A stretch of 61,736 nucleotides of DNA, filler included, from Choristocarpus tenellus KU-1152 (taxonomy: Eukaryota > Protista > Phaeophyceae), in assembly GCA_964200185.2 (NCBI GenBank). It is 9 parts of 9 records of this genome, joined end to end, with 100 filler letters (N's around TTAATTAATTAA, not from the genome) between each part and the next. Parts side by side here need not be neighbours in the genome. Positions count along the whole stretch, not along the records: positions 37,883 to 56,776 come from CAXNAD020000511.1; positions 56,877 to 61,736 come from CAXNAD020012758.1; 7 more parts are not named here. One strand, given 5' to 3'. The notes under the pieces are model-generated. The model was given only the letters and a program-made list of their open reading frames with translations. It did not search any database and was not told the DNA's origin. Below, piece by piece: positions 50,801-61,736 of this stretch. The stretch's first letter is position 1, and the number at the start of each line of letters is the position of its first letter. The translations under genes were made by a program, and so were the position numbers.

Positions 50801-53800
50801 GTGAGTACCGAGCAACCTAACAAATGTTTGCAATCAAACTAGATGTGCTCACCAGATGTCACCAAAATATAGTAGAGGTGTATCATGTTTTGGAGCTTCA
50901 CCTTTCATTAACTTGTCAGTAGTTGATGAAAATGCAGTAGTTTGAAAGGGTTTTACCCTAAATTCAGCACTTAAGACGGTTCAGTAGGGTAGTCAATAGA
51001 CAGTTTCAGAGAGGTAGTTTGCAGGTGTTCCGTTTCTTACTGGACTTTTCCGGGGCATTTGCCATGGTGGTATCTGAAATACTAGTACAACACGCTAAAC
51101 AGCATCCGAGCAGGTAAACCTATACTTTCTCACTTTAGGGTGTGTCATAATTTGTCTTGGACATTGGCACTGAGTACTATTCTCCTAGATGCTAGATCAT
51201 GTGAATGGTTCGGGGTGCATGGTAGGCCTTCCCATGCTACGGAGTACCAGAAATGGGACTTCCAAATTTTTCATTAGACACAATTTTGAAAAAAAAACGA
51301 GTCAACTTTTGAAGATCAGAGTGAAAATTTCAAATCTAGAAAATTGAAGGGCCGTTTCATTTTCCGGGGTGAAGTAAATTAGACGTTTTCTTCTTGATCA
51401 GATCAATGCGAAACACAGAACAAAAATATTACTTGATGCAAGTGATTCTAAACCTTTGATGCTGGTGTTGATGTGTCAGTGACAAAGATTTCTTGATATG
51501 GTGTTCACTGCTTTGATCTGTAATGTTTATATCTTCATGTTATTTTGAATGCAATACTAACCAGCAGAATACCTGATGGTACTATGCAGCTATTGTTTTC
51601 ACTCTAGGCATCAAACTTTCAGTAGGAGCAGCATACCTTCTTGATTTCTAATACATATACCTCTACACAATTTGTCACAGAGAGCGAGAGAGAGACTAAA
51701 ATTTTCTTACCCTGCGAAGACTGGTATGACCCCAAGCAATGTCCCTCAAGGATGAGCTGCAACTACTTCTACCACTGGAGTGTATGCTACACTATTACAG
51801 CTCCACACATAGAACACAAATCTTTGTATGCTATCAACATTTTGTCCCCTGTATAACATCCCACTTCTGCACTTGTCTCCATCCCTTCATCTATTCAAAA
51901 AATCACACTTGAATACCGTCTCCCTCTTGCAGCTCTATGTCACTTGAAGAGGCGAAGGGGAATGCAATATTCACAAGACACCTTGCACACAACGATGAGG
52001 AGATTAACCTGCATATGCCAGATGGATTGGTGGGGCAAGTTGTGCGGATACAGCTCGAGTCAACAGGATACTTGTCCCTCAGCGAAGTTCAACTCTATGA
52101 GCTCCAGTTTCCTACACTGTCGATGTGTGTACACAAGTGTTCAAGTGTCTGTACTATTAATAGGTTCTTGTGTAGAGATTCAGTGCCATGTGCTAGTAGT
52201 GTGTGTGTGTGTGTACAGGTACAGTATGCCTGGAGAGCTTCTACAGCTCGTAAGATAAATAGTTCTATTGAGGAGTGCTTCTGGAGTATCGTTACTGTGC
52301 TCCAAAGGGGGAAACATGGCATTGCTTTATCACAAAAAACTTACCCCTAAGTTACAGTCCCAGCCCATACCCTCAAAACAGCCCTTAATACTTACTCCCC
52401 CCCCCTTACCTACCACTTCTCCAATTGCTTACTAAAAACAAATCTCTACTGGGTAGGCACTCAGGGATGAGCCCCATACCCTCACAAAACGAGTGGAACC
52501 CGATTCAGGCGGAGGAGAGTCTAACTGCAGCCTTTTCTGGGACAGTTTCTCGTGGGCAGTGGGTATTGCGCCTACGTGATACTGTTCTAAAGGAATCACA
52601 TGAAGAAGGAGGCGTTGCTGGGTGGGAGGTCAGTTGGAAAAGCAACTGTCCTCCTTAGAAGACCACCTAATCTTTCGGGCAATGATCATGCAGGGCAATA
52701 TCTGAGGGAGGAGCATGATCCAATCTACTTTCAGTCAACATCTCCCCCTTTGTTTTCCCTTTTTTGTCATTCCTACTATCCTCCCTCTCATCAGCTTCCT
52801 CCTTGGGGTTGCATGCCACCAATTTCTCCTCAATCATGCCATCCCATTTTCCGAACCCCCTCCTCCGATATCAGAACTAATTCTTGTCTCTTCCCCCTCA
52901 TTTTTTATGTGAAAACCACCGCACAACGTTTGAATACAACCTTTGCCTACCGGCATGATTTTAGCTGGCTATCACAGATATCTTTGGCAATGTTGCTCGA
53001 CACACCTATTCATCTGTTGCTACGATTGAGGCCCTGCCCAAGTATGGGCAACTTTTTTCCGGTAATAACGGTGACACGTTTGAGATCAGTGCAGCACTTG
53101 GATATGAGAGGCATCTGGGACCCTGCTATGGCTACTCAAAACAGGAGGGCATTGAGGATTTAAAGAGAGTGTGTCCTACAGGCTTCAGTTCAGCCCCAAG
53201 TCTCTCCACCAGGACACTGGGTGCCGTAGCAGCTAGAAATCGAATAAATGTGTTAGCCAGGGCTGGGGTTCCCTCTGTTTGGTACCTCCCAGAAAAGGGG
53301 TACCTGGGGCCAGATGACTTCAGTTTCAGCGTTATAGCTGGAGGAGTAAGGTCAACTGAGGCAACTGTTGTGGAATTGCACACAAGGAGGTGTGTGCCAT
53401 GGGTATCGAAAAATAGAGGATGGGTCCATAGTGGTCTGTTTTGAGGGGTTTGAGGCCAACATGAGATTGATGCTGGCTGCTCTTATTGCCATTCATGGTT
53501 GGGATGTTTTATTTTAGAACATCTGTCTGGAAGAAAAGGAAAGATGAACTTGTCTGCTACTGGAAAGCTTTGCTCTCCATCAACCGCCCCACCATTCTCC
53601 TAGCAGGTGCCGCCTTGTTGAAGAAGGGGAGGGCCCTAAACTCTGTAGTTGCGGAAGCCAGATCGTGCAGAGCAACAAGGCACAACAGACTATCTGCTAC
53701 AATGCCATTGCTGATGCTTGTGCTTCAGAGAACGGGGTTGCACAGGACAACACAACAGGCAGCAACACTCGGATAACAAGTCGCATCCAGGTAGAACCAG

Positions 53801-54617
53801 GTGGAGGAAATCGTGTACAAGGAAGGCTGAGGTGGAGGTTTCCAAGAAGACAGCTCAATGTGAACTGCTTCGTGTACCGTCTCAAACAAAGCAAGCAACC
53901 ATACACCACAGTCACAGCATGTTGGCTTGATGTCTTCAGGATACTTGGTTCTCTCACCCTCCTGAATTTCCCTCACTATAAATAGTAAGTAGAGAGCATT
54001 ATCGCACAACCATTTGTGCCCAACCCATTTATCTACCTGTCCACACTGCTGTCCCTGCCCCAAATCCTATATATCCTTAAGTCGATGGGTCAATCATGCC
54101 AAACCAGGTTTATGAACTCTAGCATAATCTCCTGCTCCCTGCGCCAATAAGAACTTATTTGTTGAAGTATATCTTATCAATGCCAACAGTAGTAGTTACC
54201 ATTCCTTTTTTCAACAAAAATCTGTAAGAACAGGTTCGAATGTGCAAGTCATGCTCCGTGACCTACCAAGCCCGGCTCACAACAGTGCCCACCTCCTACT
54301 CTGAGCTCACCTCAGAATGCCTCAGAGAGGTGGATAAGGTGGGCAATTGGCTCGTTGCAAAGGGCTACTGTGGAGAAGAGGGGGATAAGGCTGGCATGGC
54401 CTACTCCTTCCCTCTGTGTCAGAATGAGGCCTTTGACCAAACTCCCCCCATTGACGGTCCACGGTTGGGTTCTAGTATGAGGACCTATCAGCTGGACAGT
54501 GAGGGTGACTTACGAACAAGCAAGACTGACTTCAGGCCTCAACGAGGACCATGCCGGTGCACACAGCAACCCAAGCATTGCGCTTGTCGGGATAATGCAT
54601 GGGCAAACAGGGAGTAA
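38854..54617 (+). CDS. Giant multidomain, probably extracellular protein: adhesin-like beta repeats, split P-domain, split F-type-lectin/F5-8C domain, Big_9-like domain, Cys-rich tail (5' partial)
   Basis: 18 phase-consistent GT-AG exons: 38854-39036, 39576-39720, 39967-40253, 41276-41425, 41775-41893, 43065-43243, 43940-44182, 44448-44539, 44904-45047, 46060-46225, 47727-47848, 49856-50028, 50382-50471, 51933-52124, 52457-52628, 52965-53389, 53607-53790, 54234-54617 (stop). Motifs: GTP.L.....A.Y..GSGT..L.F.YTV..G x3; GLYHAQASDLELTL...GQWVLRLRD...GGVAGWEL; NLA...QSST...AVDG...PWWQV...GQVVRIQL...YLSLSEVQLY; YLPEKGYLGPDDFSF. Confidence 0.88.
40388..40582 (-). mobile_element. MITE family B, intronic copy
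   Basis: ggctcaaagtatctg ... ccagatcctttgagcc. Interior is the reverse complement of the 20571 and 30504 copies. Further ends at 10187-10209 and 37945-37981. Confidence 0.88.
48317..48587 (+). mobile_element. MITE family C, intronic copy
   Basis: cagtcgaagtaattgaaaggtaggcagg ... ttgcctacctctcgtttacttc. Homologous to 22102-22367. Confidence 0.8.
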
Positions 54618-55711
54618 CAGTAGGATTGACACCTTGTTAACCCTTCAAGTTCAATGATGGGTAGTATAAACAAGCTACCATTAGTGTCACCAGTGCGTTA
54701 GCAGCAGAGGTTGCATTACTTCCAAATACCCGGGCATGGACACAAAAGTATGTATTGTTTCCTACCCTTAGCAACTTCCATTGTGCCACCAGCCATAGGG
54801 CAAGGCTGACTGTGTGGCAGAAGTCACAAGTTTTCTTCTGTTGGAAACAAGGCCAAGGATTGCAATGTGCTTACAATTTGATAGCAAGCATATTTTTATA
54901 CCCCGATTGAATCTTGATTACATTTAGGGATATATATCAAAAACAAGTTGGAGCCTTGAAGTGGGTCAATTTTTGGGTAGATTAAATCTCCCTAATGAAG
55001 GGAAAACAATTTCTACACTGGAATACACAAACATGGATCACTGCTCACCCCCACCCTGTACCCTCCCTTTCAGCTGTCAAACAAAACAAAACCACAGCAT
55101 TTTTTAAGTACACACCTACATAATTTTGTCACATAAATATATATAAATGTATCTCTGCATGTCCATGTGTGTGCCCACAGGTCCTGTTTTGGTACCTGCT
55201 TTCTCTTCAAACTTACACGCCCGAATACACAATCAAAATCCAGCATTCCCCCTCAAGGACAAGAGTGGTTGGCAAGAATCCAGCACACATTACAATAACC
55301 GCCTCTCACAGCATAGGGGCAAGGGCCCATCAGGAAGACACAGAAGGCCACAACACCGTGCACAATCCCCTCTCTCCTCTACCCATTTTCCCCAATTCGC
55401 CCAGAAACTCAGTACCTACTGTACAAAAAAACCCTAAAAATTTCATCAAGTAACTGTTCAATTGTTGTGACCAACTCTCTATACGGATATTTGAAACGAT
55501 GACCTACACACTCACAACCCACATATCAAAGAAAAATCAAGAAAAATCCTTCATAAAAAAAAAACTCAGAAATGGTGAGAAATCCCTGTCCCCATGTCTA
55601 CGCAACGACACAAACCAGCCTTGAATATACTGCTTCTGCTAAAAATTACCAACTCGAAAAATATAGGTTCTCCCCCCAAAAGCCACAGTGCCAAACTGCA
55701 CCAACGACTCT

Positions 55712-56776
55712 TCACTTGCACTTCCAGCCTAATATTCTGATCCCAGATCGCAGGGGAGCATGGCAAAGCAGTAAAATGTCTAGACTATTGTTCCCCAGCC
55801 CGATGTCGTTTTGGTTCTCGACCCTCCTCCCCATTCGGTGATGGACGAGAAAGCTTTGGTTGGACGGGGAATAGCACATGGGGCACAGAGGGGGGTTAAG
55901 ACTTGTGTCAGAGGAAGGCGTTCTTTCTATCCATCTTCGTATCTGTGAGGTTACAGAGATAATCAACAATTATTGTTACACATGGGAGAGTGAATGAATG
56001 ACCTCGGGAAGAGAGTTTCAGGACCAGCAAGCTCATTCGAGCTTACCAGACCATCCCTGGGTAGGGAGTAGAGCTGGGGAAAGGGGGTGTGAGTGTGAGA
56101 TTGGGTCTCCGTACAGACAAAGTACTTTGCAAAACCCACCAGCTCCAGTGGATCAACACGGTTGTTTCATTCCACCACTGCAAGCGCTGGTTGAGACAAG
56201 ACTAGCAATATCTTGACTCTGCAACACGCGAGCCAATGAAGTTCATCCCTGTGGACATAGGGTCAGAACTCACTGGATGTGACGCACAACATGCTTGCAC
56301 CAACAGGCAGGCAGGGGTCACACACACAAAAATAAAATATTGAGTAAAATAGTGAACGCACTCAGAACCAAAAATCATCCAACGCCCTACACAACACGAC
56401 CGCTCTGTGTCACCAGCACACAATGACATGGGTGCAATTCCAAAACAACTCTGCCCAACCCACCCCCGCCCACACATCTGCAGTTCACATAACACCCAAC
56501 TCACTGTCTTCCCATCATCTGGTCTCGGTTGTTTTGATAATGGAAATTGTAGGCCCTCGCCATTGTTGTCTCTTGACCCAAAGACCCCCTTGACATTTTC
56601 CGCTGCTTCCACCACCATATTCAACCCAACACTGGCTCCAATTTCAGACCCGTGTGAACATCCATTCGAGCTCCCGTTAGCCTTTTCATTCCCATTTGCC
56701 CCCCCACCTTGACCCCCGACAACAGGAACATTGCCATTCCCAACCTCCTTCCCAGTCCTGCTGCCTTCCTTCTTCG
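55712..56776 (-). CDS. 3' exons of a probable WD40/beta-propeller protein
   Basis: Exons 56776-56505, 56073-56047 (27 nt) and 55942-55712, all phase 0, give ...DDGKT|LYSLPRDGL|IRRWIE..., a WD40-like blade end. Convergent with the giant gene. Confidence 0.6.
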
Positions 56777-56992
56777 NNNNNNNNNNNNNNNNNNNNNNNN
56801 NNNNNNNNNNNNNNNNNNNNTTAATTAATTAANNNNNNNNNNNNNNNNNNNNNNNNNNNNNNNNNNNNNNNNNNNNGATGGGAAGTAGTGATGGCGATTA
56901 TGGAATGCTTCCCAGAATTTTCCCCTAACGCCCCTCTGATGACATGCAGACAGGACAGGGGATGAAGAGTGATTACGAGGGGTCAAGCAACA

Positions 56993-57250
56993 GAGCCAAA
57001 GTATCTAAGAGGGTAGAGCCGCGTCCATTTGGGGGTAAAAATTCAATGTTGCAATTTCGATGTAATTTTGGCTGTCGTGTTTGTAAGGAAGTGTCAATAT
57101 CCTTTTCCGGACACACCTTTTCATAACGTTTACATTTTACCTACTCCGAAATTATTTTGGAGAGGGAAAATGTTATAAAAACCCCGAGGGAAGTCAAGCC
57201 CCAAATGGACAAACAGGGCAAAACTCGTACCCTCTAAGATACTTTCACTC
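56993..57250 (-). mobile_element. MITE family A, full copy
   Basis: gagccaaagtatctaagagggta ... gtaccctctaagatactttcactc. Confidence 0.92.
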
Positions 57251-57349
57251 TTATTTCCTGCTAAATCACAACCCAACATTTGTGTATCAAGATGTGGTAG
57301 GGACAAATCACAGATGGACAATTATCTTCTCTCAACACATAGGGATTAA

Positions 57350-60300
57350 TCATTTACACATATCATGTTGATAAAACGGTGTGTGATACCTACAAAATCA
57401 TGTTCACATGGTGACCAACAAGGACAAATAGACAAATCTAGATTGTGGTACAAGATTGCTGGGTAGAAATGATTTATACATCTTCAACATTCCTTTAAAC
57501 TTTGTATACAAATATCCCCACAAGTACTTTCTTCCAACTGATTTGTGAAGCACAAAATCAGTTAAATTATGGATTGTCCAATGAATAAATAATTCCCGTT
57601 ATTCAAAGTGGTTACCCAAATTGATTTTTAGCTCATGCTAGCATTTGCCATTGCTACAGTTGCCACTGTTGAAGTTTAGTAGCATTTGCTGGGGTTAATA
57701 TACACCTAAAGCAACATGGTTCACAGCAATGTAATCGCCACGAAATGTCATCACTTCTTTAACAACTTCCGTGAAGCTGATGGTATCTACACTTGACTAT
57801 GTTTATGTACTCAGATTCAGTTCATTATTATGAACCATTGCCCTTACATGTATGGAAGATCTTCTGTTGTGGGGAAGATGAAGTCAATAAACTCTGCATT
57901 GGTGAACTTGACATCAGTCTTGTCACCAATATTGAAGGAAAATGGCAAAAGGTCATTTTCCATGTGACCTGGACACGAGCCAGCCCTGCACTGGGGCATG
58001 TAAGTCCAGTCGTTCTCTCGGTTTTCCTCCCACCTACACACCTGCTCACAAATTTATTTTTGTCAGTAATAATAGTAAACATTCCAGTATTATGTTTCTG
58101 CCACACAAAGAGGAGACCCACCTGGACATAGAGGCCTACGAAACTACTGATCCCCTGATTGTTACCATGGGATGGTTGACACGCTTTATCCAACCTGCAA
58201 AAAGCTGAAGAGGTTGCATATATTTATCTAGGCAAAACTGCCCGAGATTAGTACCATAATCAAACTCAAAAAGGTACCACCAAAATACTTGGTACTCTGT
58301 CCGTACAATCTAAGACCAAGCTTATCTCATCCCAACATACTGATATCGTCCAGGAGCAACATTGATTGAATAGTAGATTGTAGAGCACAAATCAATTCCT
58401 GCACAGACAGGGGTAAGAGTGCAGCTCACCATGCGTAGGTCACCAACATCATCACTGTGGTAATATCCCCAGGCCTCGTCAAAGTTGTAGTCACTATTCT
58501 CCCGGCCTAGAATACGCCTCAAGTTTAGTAACCTCTCTGCCGAAGGGTGGATGACCCAGAATGATGGGTCCTGTGGTGCTGGAGGACAGAGCATGAAATG
58601 TTGCACATTGAGGAGAGAGGAAAGACTGATTTAACAATAGGTATAGTTGTACTACTTCAACCGGCTCATGTGAATTCATATTACAAGGACTACTGGGATA
58701 CTTAGGTCAATGTTTCAAAAGACATTAGTTGACCAGTATGAACAGACTACATACTATTTATCCTGTGACAAATGCGGCACTTTTGCCTCCTCAAGTGACA
58801 GGTGTTTGAGGATACTTTCAGAAGAGATCTCATCACCTCCCAACCCTTACGATGTGCTTGCATGGAAATGAAGGTAAATCTTCCCTTCGAAGGATGAAAG
58901 ACTATCATTATGGATTGGTTAGGTTTCCTCCCTATCATGCCATGCCTTCTCTGTGAGTCTCTCTCCCCCCTCAAGAGGACTACCCTGTCAGAGCATGTGC
59001 TTGCTGACCATGATTGGATTCATGTGGGCAACAGAGACCATTTATTCAAATAGGGTATTTTGACAACTACACTGAAAGTATTATGTTATAGTTCGACTTC
59101 AGGTCAAACATGGACAAGTCCTGATCCCTAGCACATTGATATTTGATGCAAAACACCCCTTCATCAGCCACAGTCCTTCCAGTCCACAAACATATAGCAG
59201 TAGGCATAGTCTAGACCCACAAGGTCAACTTTAAGAGAATGTTCAACGAAGCAGCATGACCATGAAGTGCGTTGCAATCACGTCATGCCCTTCCAAGGAA
59301 TTAACCTCACAAGTACTTTTATCTCTTCAAAAGCAAAAGTAAATTGCAACACAAAATCAACACTGTTTGCATTCTGAACCCTCCCGCCCAACCAAAATAT
59401 TGTGAGTGCAAATGATTAGCACAATTTCATCCAATAATAGTGCAGCAGGAGAGAAGCACTAAATTAATCTCTTGTCACTTATCCTACACATAAACAGATC
59501 CCCCCAAAAACCACCTCTCCATGTGCAATGATGAGACGACTCCCCCACAAGAAGTTCAAATGCACATAATTCCTCTAATCACAAAAAAACAGTAAAAAAA
59601 TAAATAATAGCTTGACTTCACCTGCAGAGGTGTACATGGCCCCTACATATCCAGTGTTGCAGATAGCATCAAGCATCCGTTGCCAAAAGCTCTGCGGGGT
59701 GAACCAAGTGCACATTCAAGTGCACGATTGAAGATGGGGATGATGGTGGGGTGGGGTTGATAGACCAACCACCGAGAGGCTACAACAGTCTACAGCAGGC
59801 TACAAACACTGCAATACTTCTAAAGCTTCACATTGTTCTGTACATGCTGAGGTATGATGTCAAAGCAAAATGATAACATACACACACCCCACCATAGAGA
59901 AGGTCACAATCCATTTAATAGAGCTTCAATATGTACCATCACTAGCCCTAACCCTAAACCAAAGAGCAGCAGCTAGAGGTGCGAGGTTGCTGTATGCAAG
60001 CAACCTGGCCATAGGTTGTTTCCACACATACTACTGTCTTCAAAGGTTCAGAAGCCTATGCCAACACAATCAATTCCAACTGCATACACACGAAGTACTC
60101 CAGAGCAAGCGGGGTATTCATCCTTCACAAAAGAATCACAGATACAGCAACAGGGCCACAGGTGGGGTTTGGCAGAAGTTGAAAAAGGTTCCACTGCAAG
60201 TCTTTTGCGGTTTCTACTTCTTGCTAAGAGGGAGGGTCGAGATGGAACACAATGCCTCCCTCACCTCTATGAAATCCTTGTCGTATTTGTTGGCTAGATA

Positions 60301-61469
60301 ATACTCGCCAGTATCTTCATCGTACATCTGTGTACACAAGGGATGCATGCAACATTGGGATGCAACAATAACCATCACTTCTTTTTTTTAATAGTGAGAA
60401 GGGAGTACACTAGTGACAGGCACTGTCAACAGGTCCTTTAACAGTGCTACATACAGTGGTATAAAACTAAGTGGCTCAAATTGAATTGTGGGCCTCATTC
60501 AATATACCAAAGTGGGCAAGCATACCTGAGACATTTTTGGAGGATGATATGATGACTTCAATCATACACACATAAGCTACACCTGTGTACAGTAGGAAGG
60601 TTTAGGTCTGCATCTTCCAAAAGACACCTGCCATCGCAATTGATATCCTCTCTTGTTCTATGAGTTACAGTTGTCTTCATCTTTCAAGCGCTTCAGTTTG
60701 CTCATGTTTTCATGACCACTATTGACTTGTTACATGGGCCAAGGAACTACACTGGTGAGGCTATCACTCACCACAGTGTCATATGAGAAGGTCCGTATCC
60801 AGTGCAAGACCTTGGCATCCTTGAGGACATCATAAGCACTCATTCCCTTGGACCCATAGATTTCAGCAGGACAGGTGGTTACACACTCAGAGGGAGCCAT
60901 GCCAGTACAATCGTCAGGCACTCGGAGCCAACCCCTTCGCCACAAGACCTTGGCCAAGAGGGGGATCAAGCTCCCAACGCCTTGATTAGATGCAAGTGAG
61001 TGTAGAGAGGGCTGTGCTTGAGGACAGGAAAAAAAAAGCATTCATACAAGTTCTTGGGTTACCCTGCTTAGTTTGGTAGTACCATCATAATGCTTATGCA
61101 GATAGTACCGGTACCTACGCAGATAATACTTCAAGGTTCAGGCAAGGCTAAGAGCACTAAGACCTCCTACTTTGAGACACCACACAAGCACACACGTTCT
61201 AGGTTTGAAGCAACAAAGCAATCAATGAGGCATTTACCTAAAAAATGCCTTGCAGGCCCCAGTCTCAGCAAGACTAAAAAATGGAGCAGTTGTCGATTAT
61301 ACAGCAACCTAGCCAACCCAGAAGAGTTGCAGGTGAAATAAACTACCTTGAGCACTTTTGTTAGCTGTTCTAATAATGAAACCATCCAATTTTGTGTAAT
61401 TGTCATCGAATAATCTGCAAACACTGGAACTGCTTTACTGTAAATGGACCGATCCCAACTCAGTAAGAC
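57350..61469 (-). CDS. Tyrosinase / di-copper-centre-like protein, C-terminal part
   Basis: Exons ~61469-61347, 60948-60772, 60327-60265, 59691-59622, 58578-58430, 58041-57848 and (tentative) 57389-57350. They give K|VLWRRGWLRVPDDC...GAMYTSA|APQDPSFWVIHPSAERL...CPGH..NDLLPF...TNAEF...LPYMY. The S..P.DP.FW..H...R pattern is the CuB-end motif. Confidence 0.82.
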
Positions 61470-61736
61470 CTGCAAGAAAGTGCAGCATATATATATACAT
61501 AATCTATGCCTCTTCGGAACTGCCCTCTTTCCAAATATCACACACACTAACCATGACAAAACATGATGTATGAAGCCAAACTTGGTGCTTGCATGACTTG
61601 TGAGGGGCTCATTCACAGCAGGCTGATTCTGACAAATGTATCTATTTGTTGTATCAAATGCGCTACTATCTCCCCCCCCCCACACCTAAAAAACTAATGA
61701 GCCCGCTGAGCCACACCAAAAGATAATCTAGAATTA

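Noticed and set aside
56270-56295. HVVRHIQ-TGA as a selenocysteine or phosphatase-like exon
   Set aside because: A simpler phase-0 splice skipping it gives a coherent WD40-like blade. There is no supporting motif.
17196-57321. Recurring short ORFs such as SESILEGTSFALF, DPQIDATLPSQIL and SKYLGGG as a peptide family
   Set aside because: They are translations of non-coding MITE copies, and frames are not conserved.
1-61736. Prokaryotic defence system, operon, CRISPR array, rRNA or tRNA
   Set aside because: None seen. The sequence is spliceosomal-intron-rich eukaryotic DNA with no regularly spaced repeat-spacer array or recognisable structural RNA.

Overview
Eukaryotic, intron-rich DNA, most consistent with a stramenopile such as a brown alga or close relative (inferred from gene content, intron density and TTAGGG repeats). 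The window is not contiguous: nine contigs are joined by eight artificial 100-bp linkers (N44-TTAATTAATTAA-N44). Most six-frame ORFs are exon pieces or noise, so I rebuilt gene models by hand from GT-AG sites and phase. Genes: partial splicing factor 1 (SF1/BBP, -), a coiled-coil protein (+), a WD40 exon (+), the 3' end of an unknown gene (+), an ICT1/ArfB-type GGQ peptidyl-tRNA hydrolase (-), an 18-exon giant protein (+, 38854-54617), the 3' end of a WD40-like gene (-) and a tyrosinase-like gene (-). The giant protein has bacterial-adhesin-like repeats and nested domains: a P-domain contains an F-type-lectin-like domain, which contains a further repeat. About 11.4-30.7 kb is a transposon graveyard with a Copia gag/pre-integrase, DIRS-type RNase H plus tyrosine recombinase, and two Sola-like transposase remnants. 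Several MITE families share GAG/GGC-type termini, a TGTCCATTTGGGG subterminal motif and 4-bp target-site duplications (TSDs); some repeats carry TTAGGG tracts.
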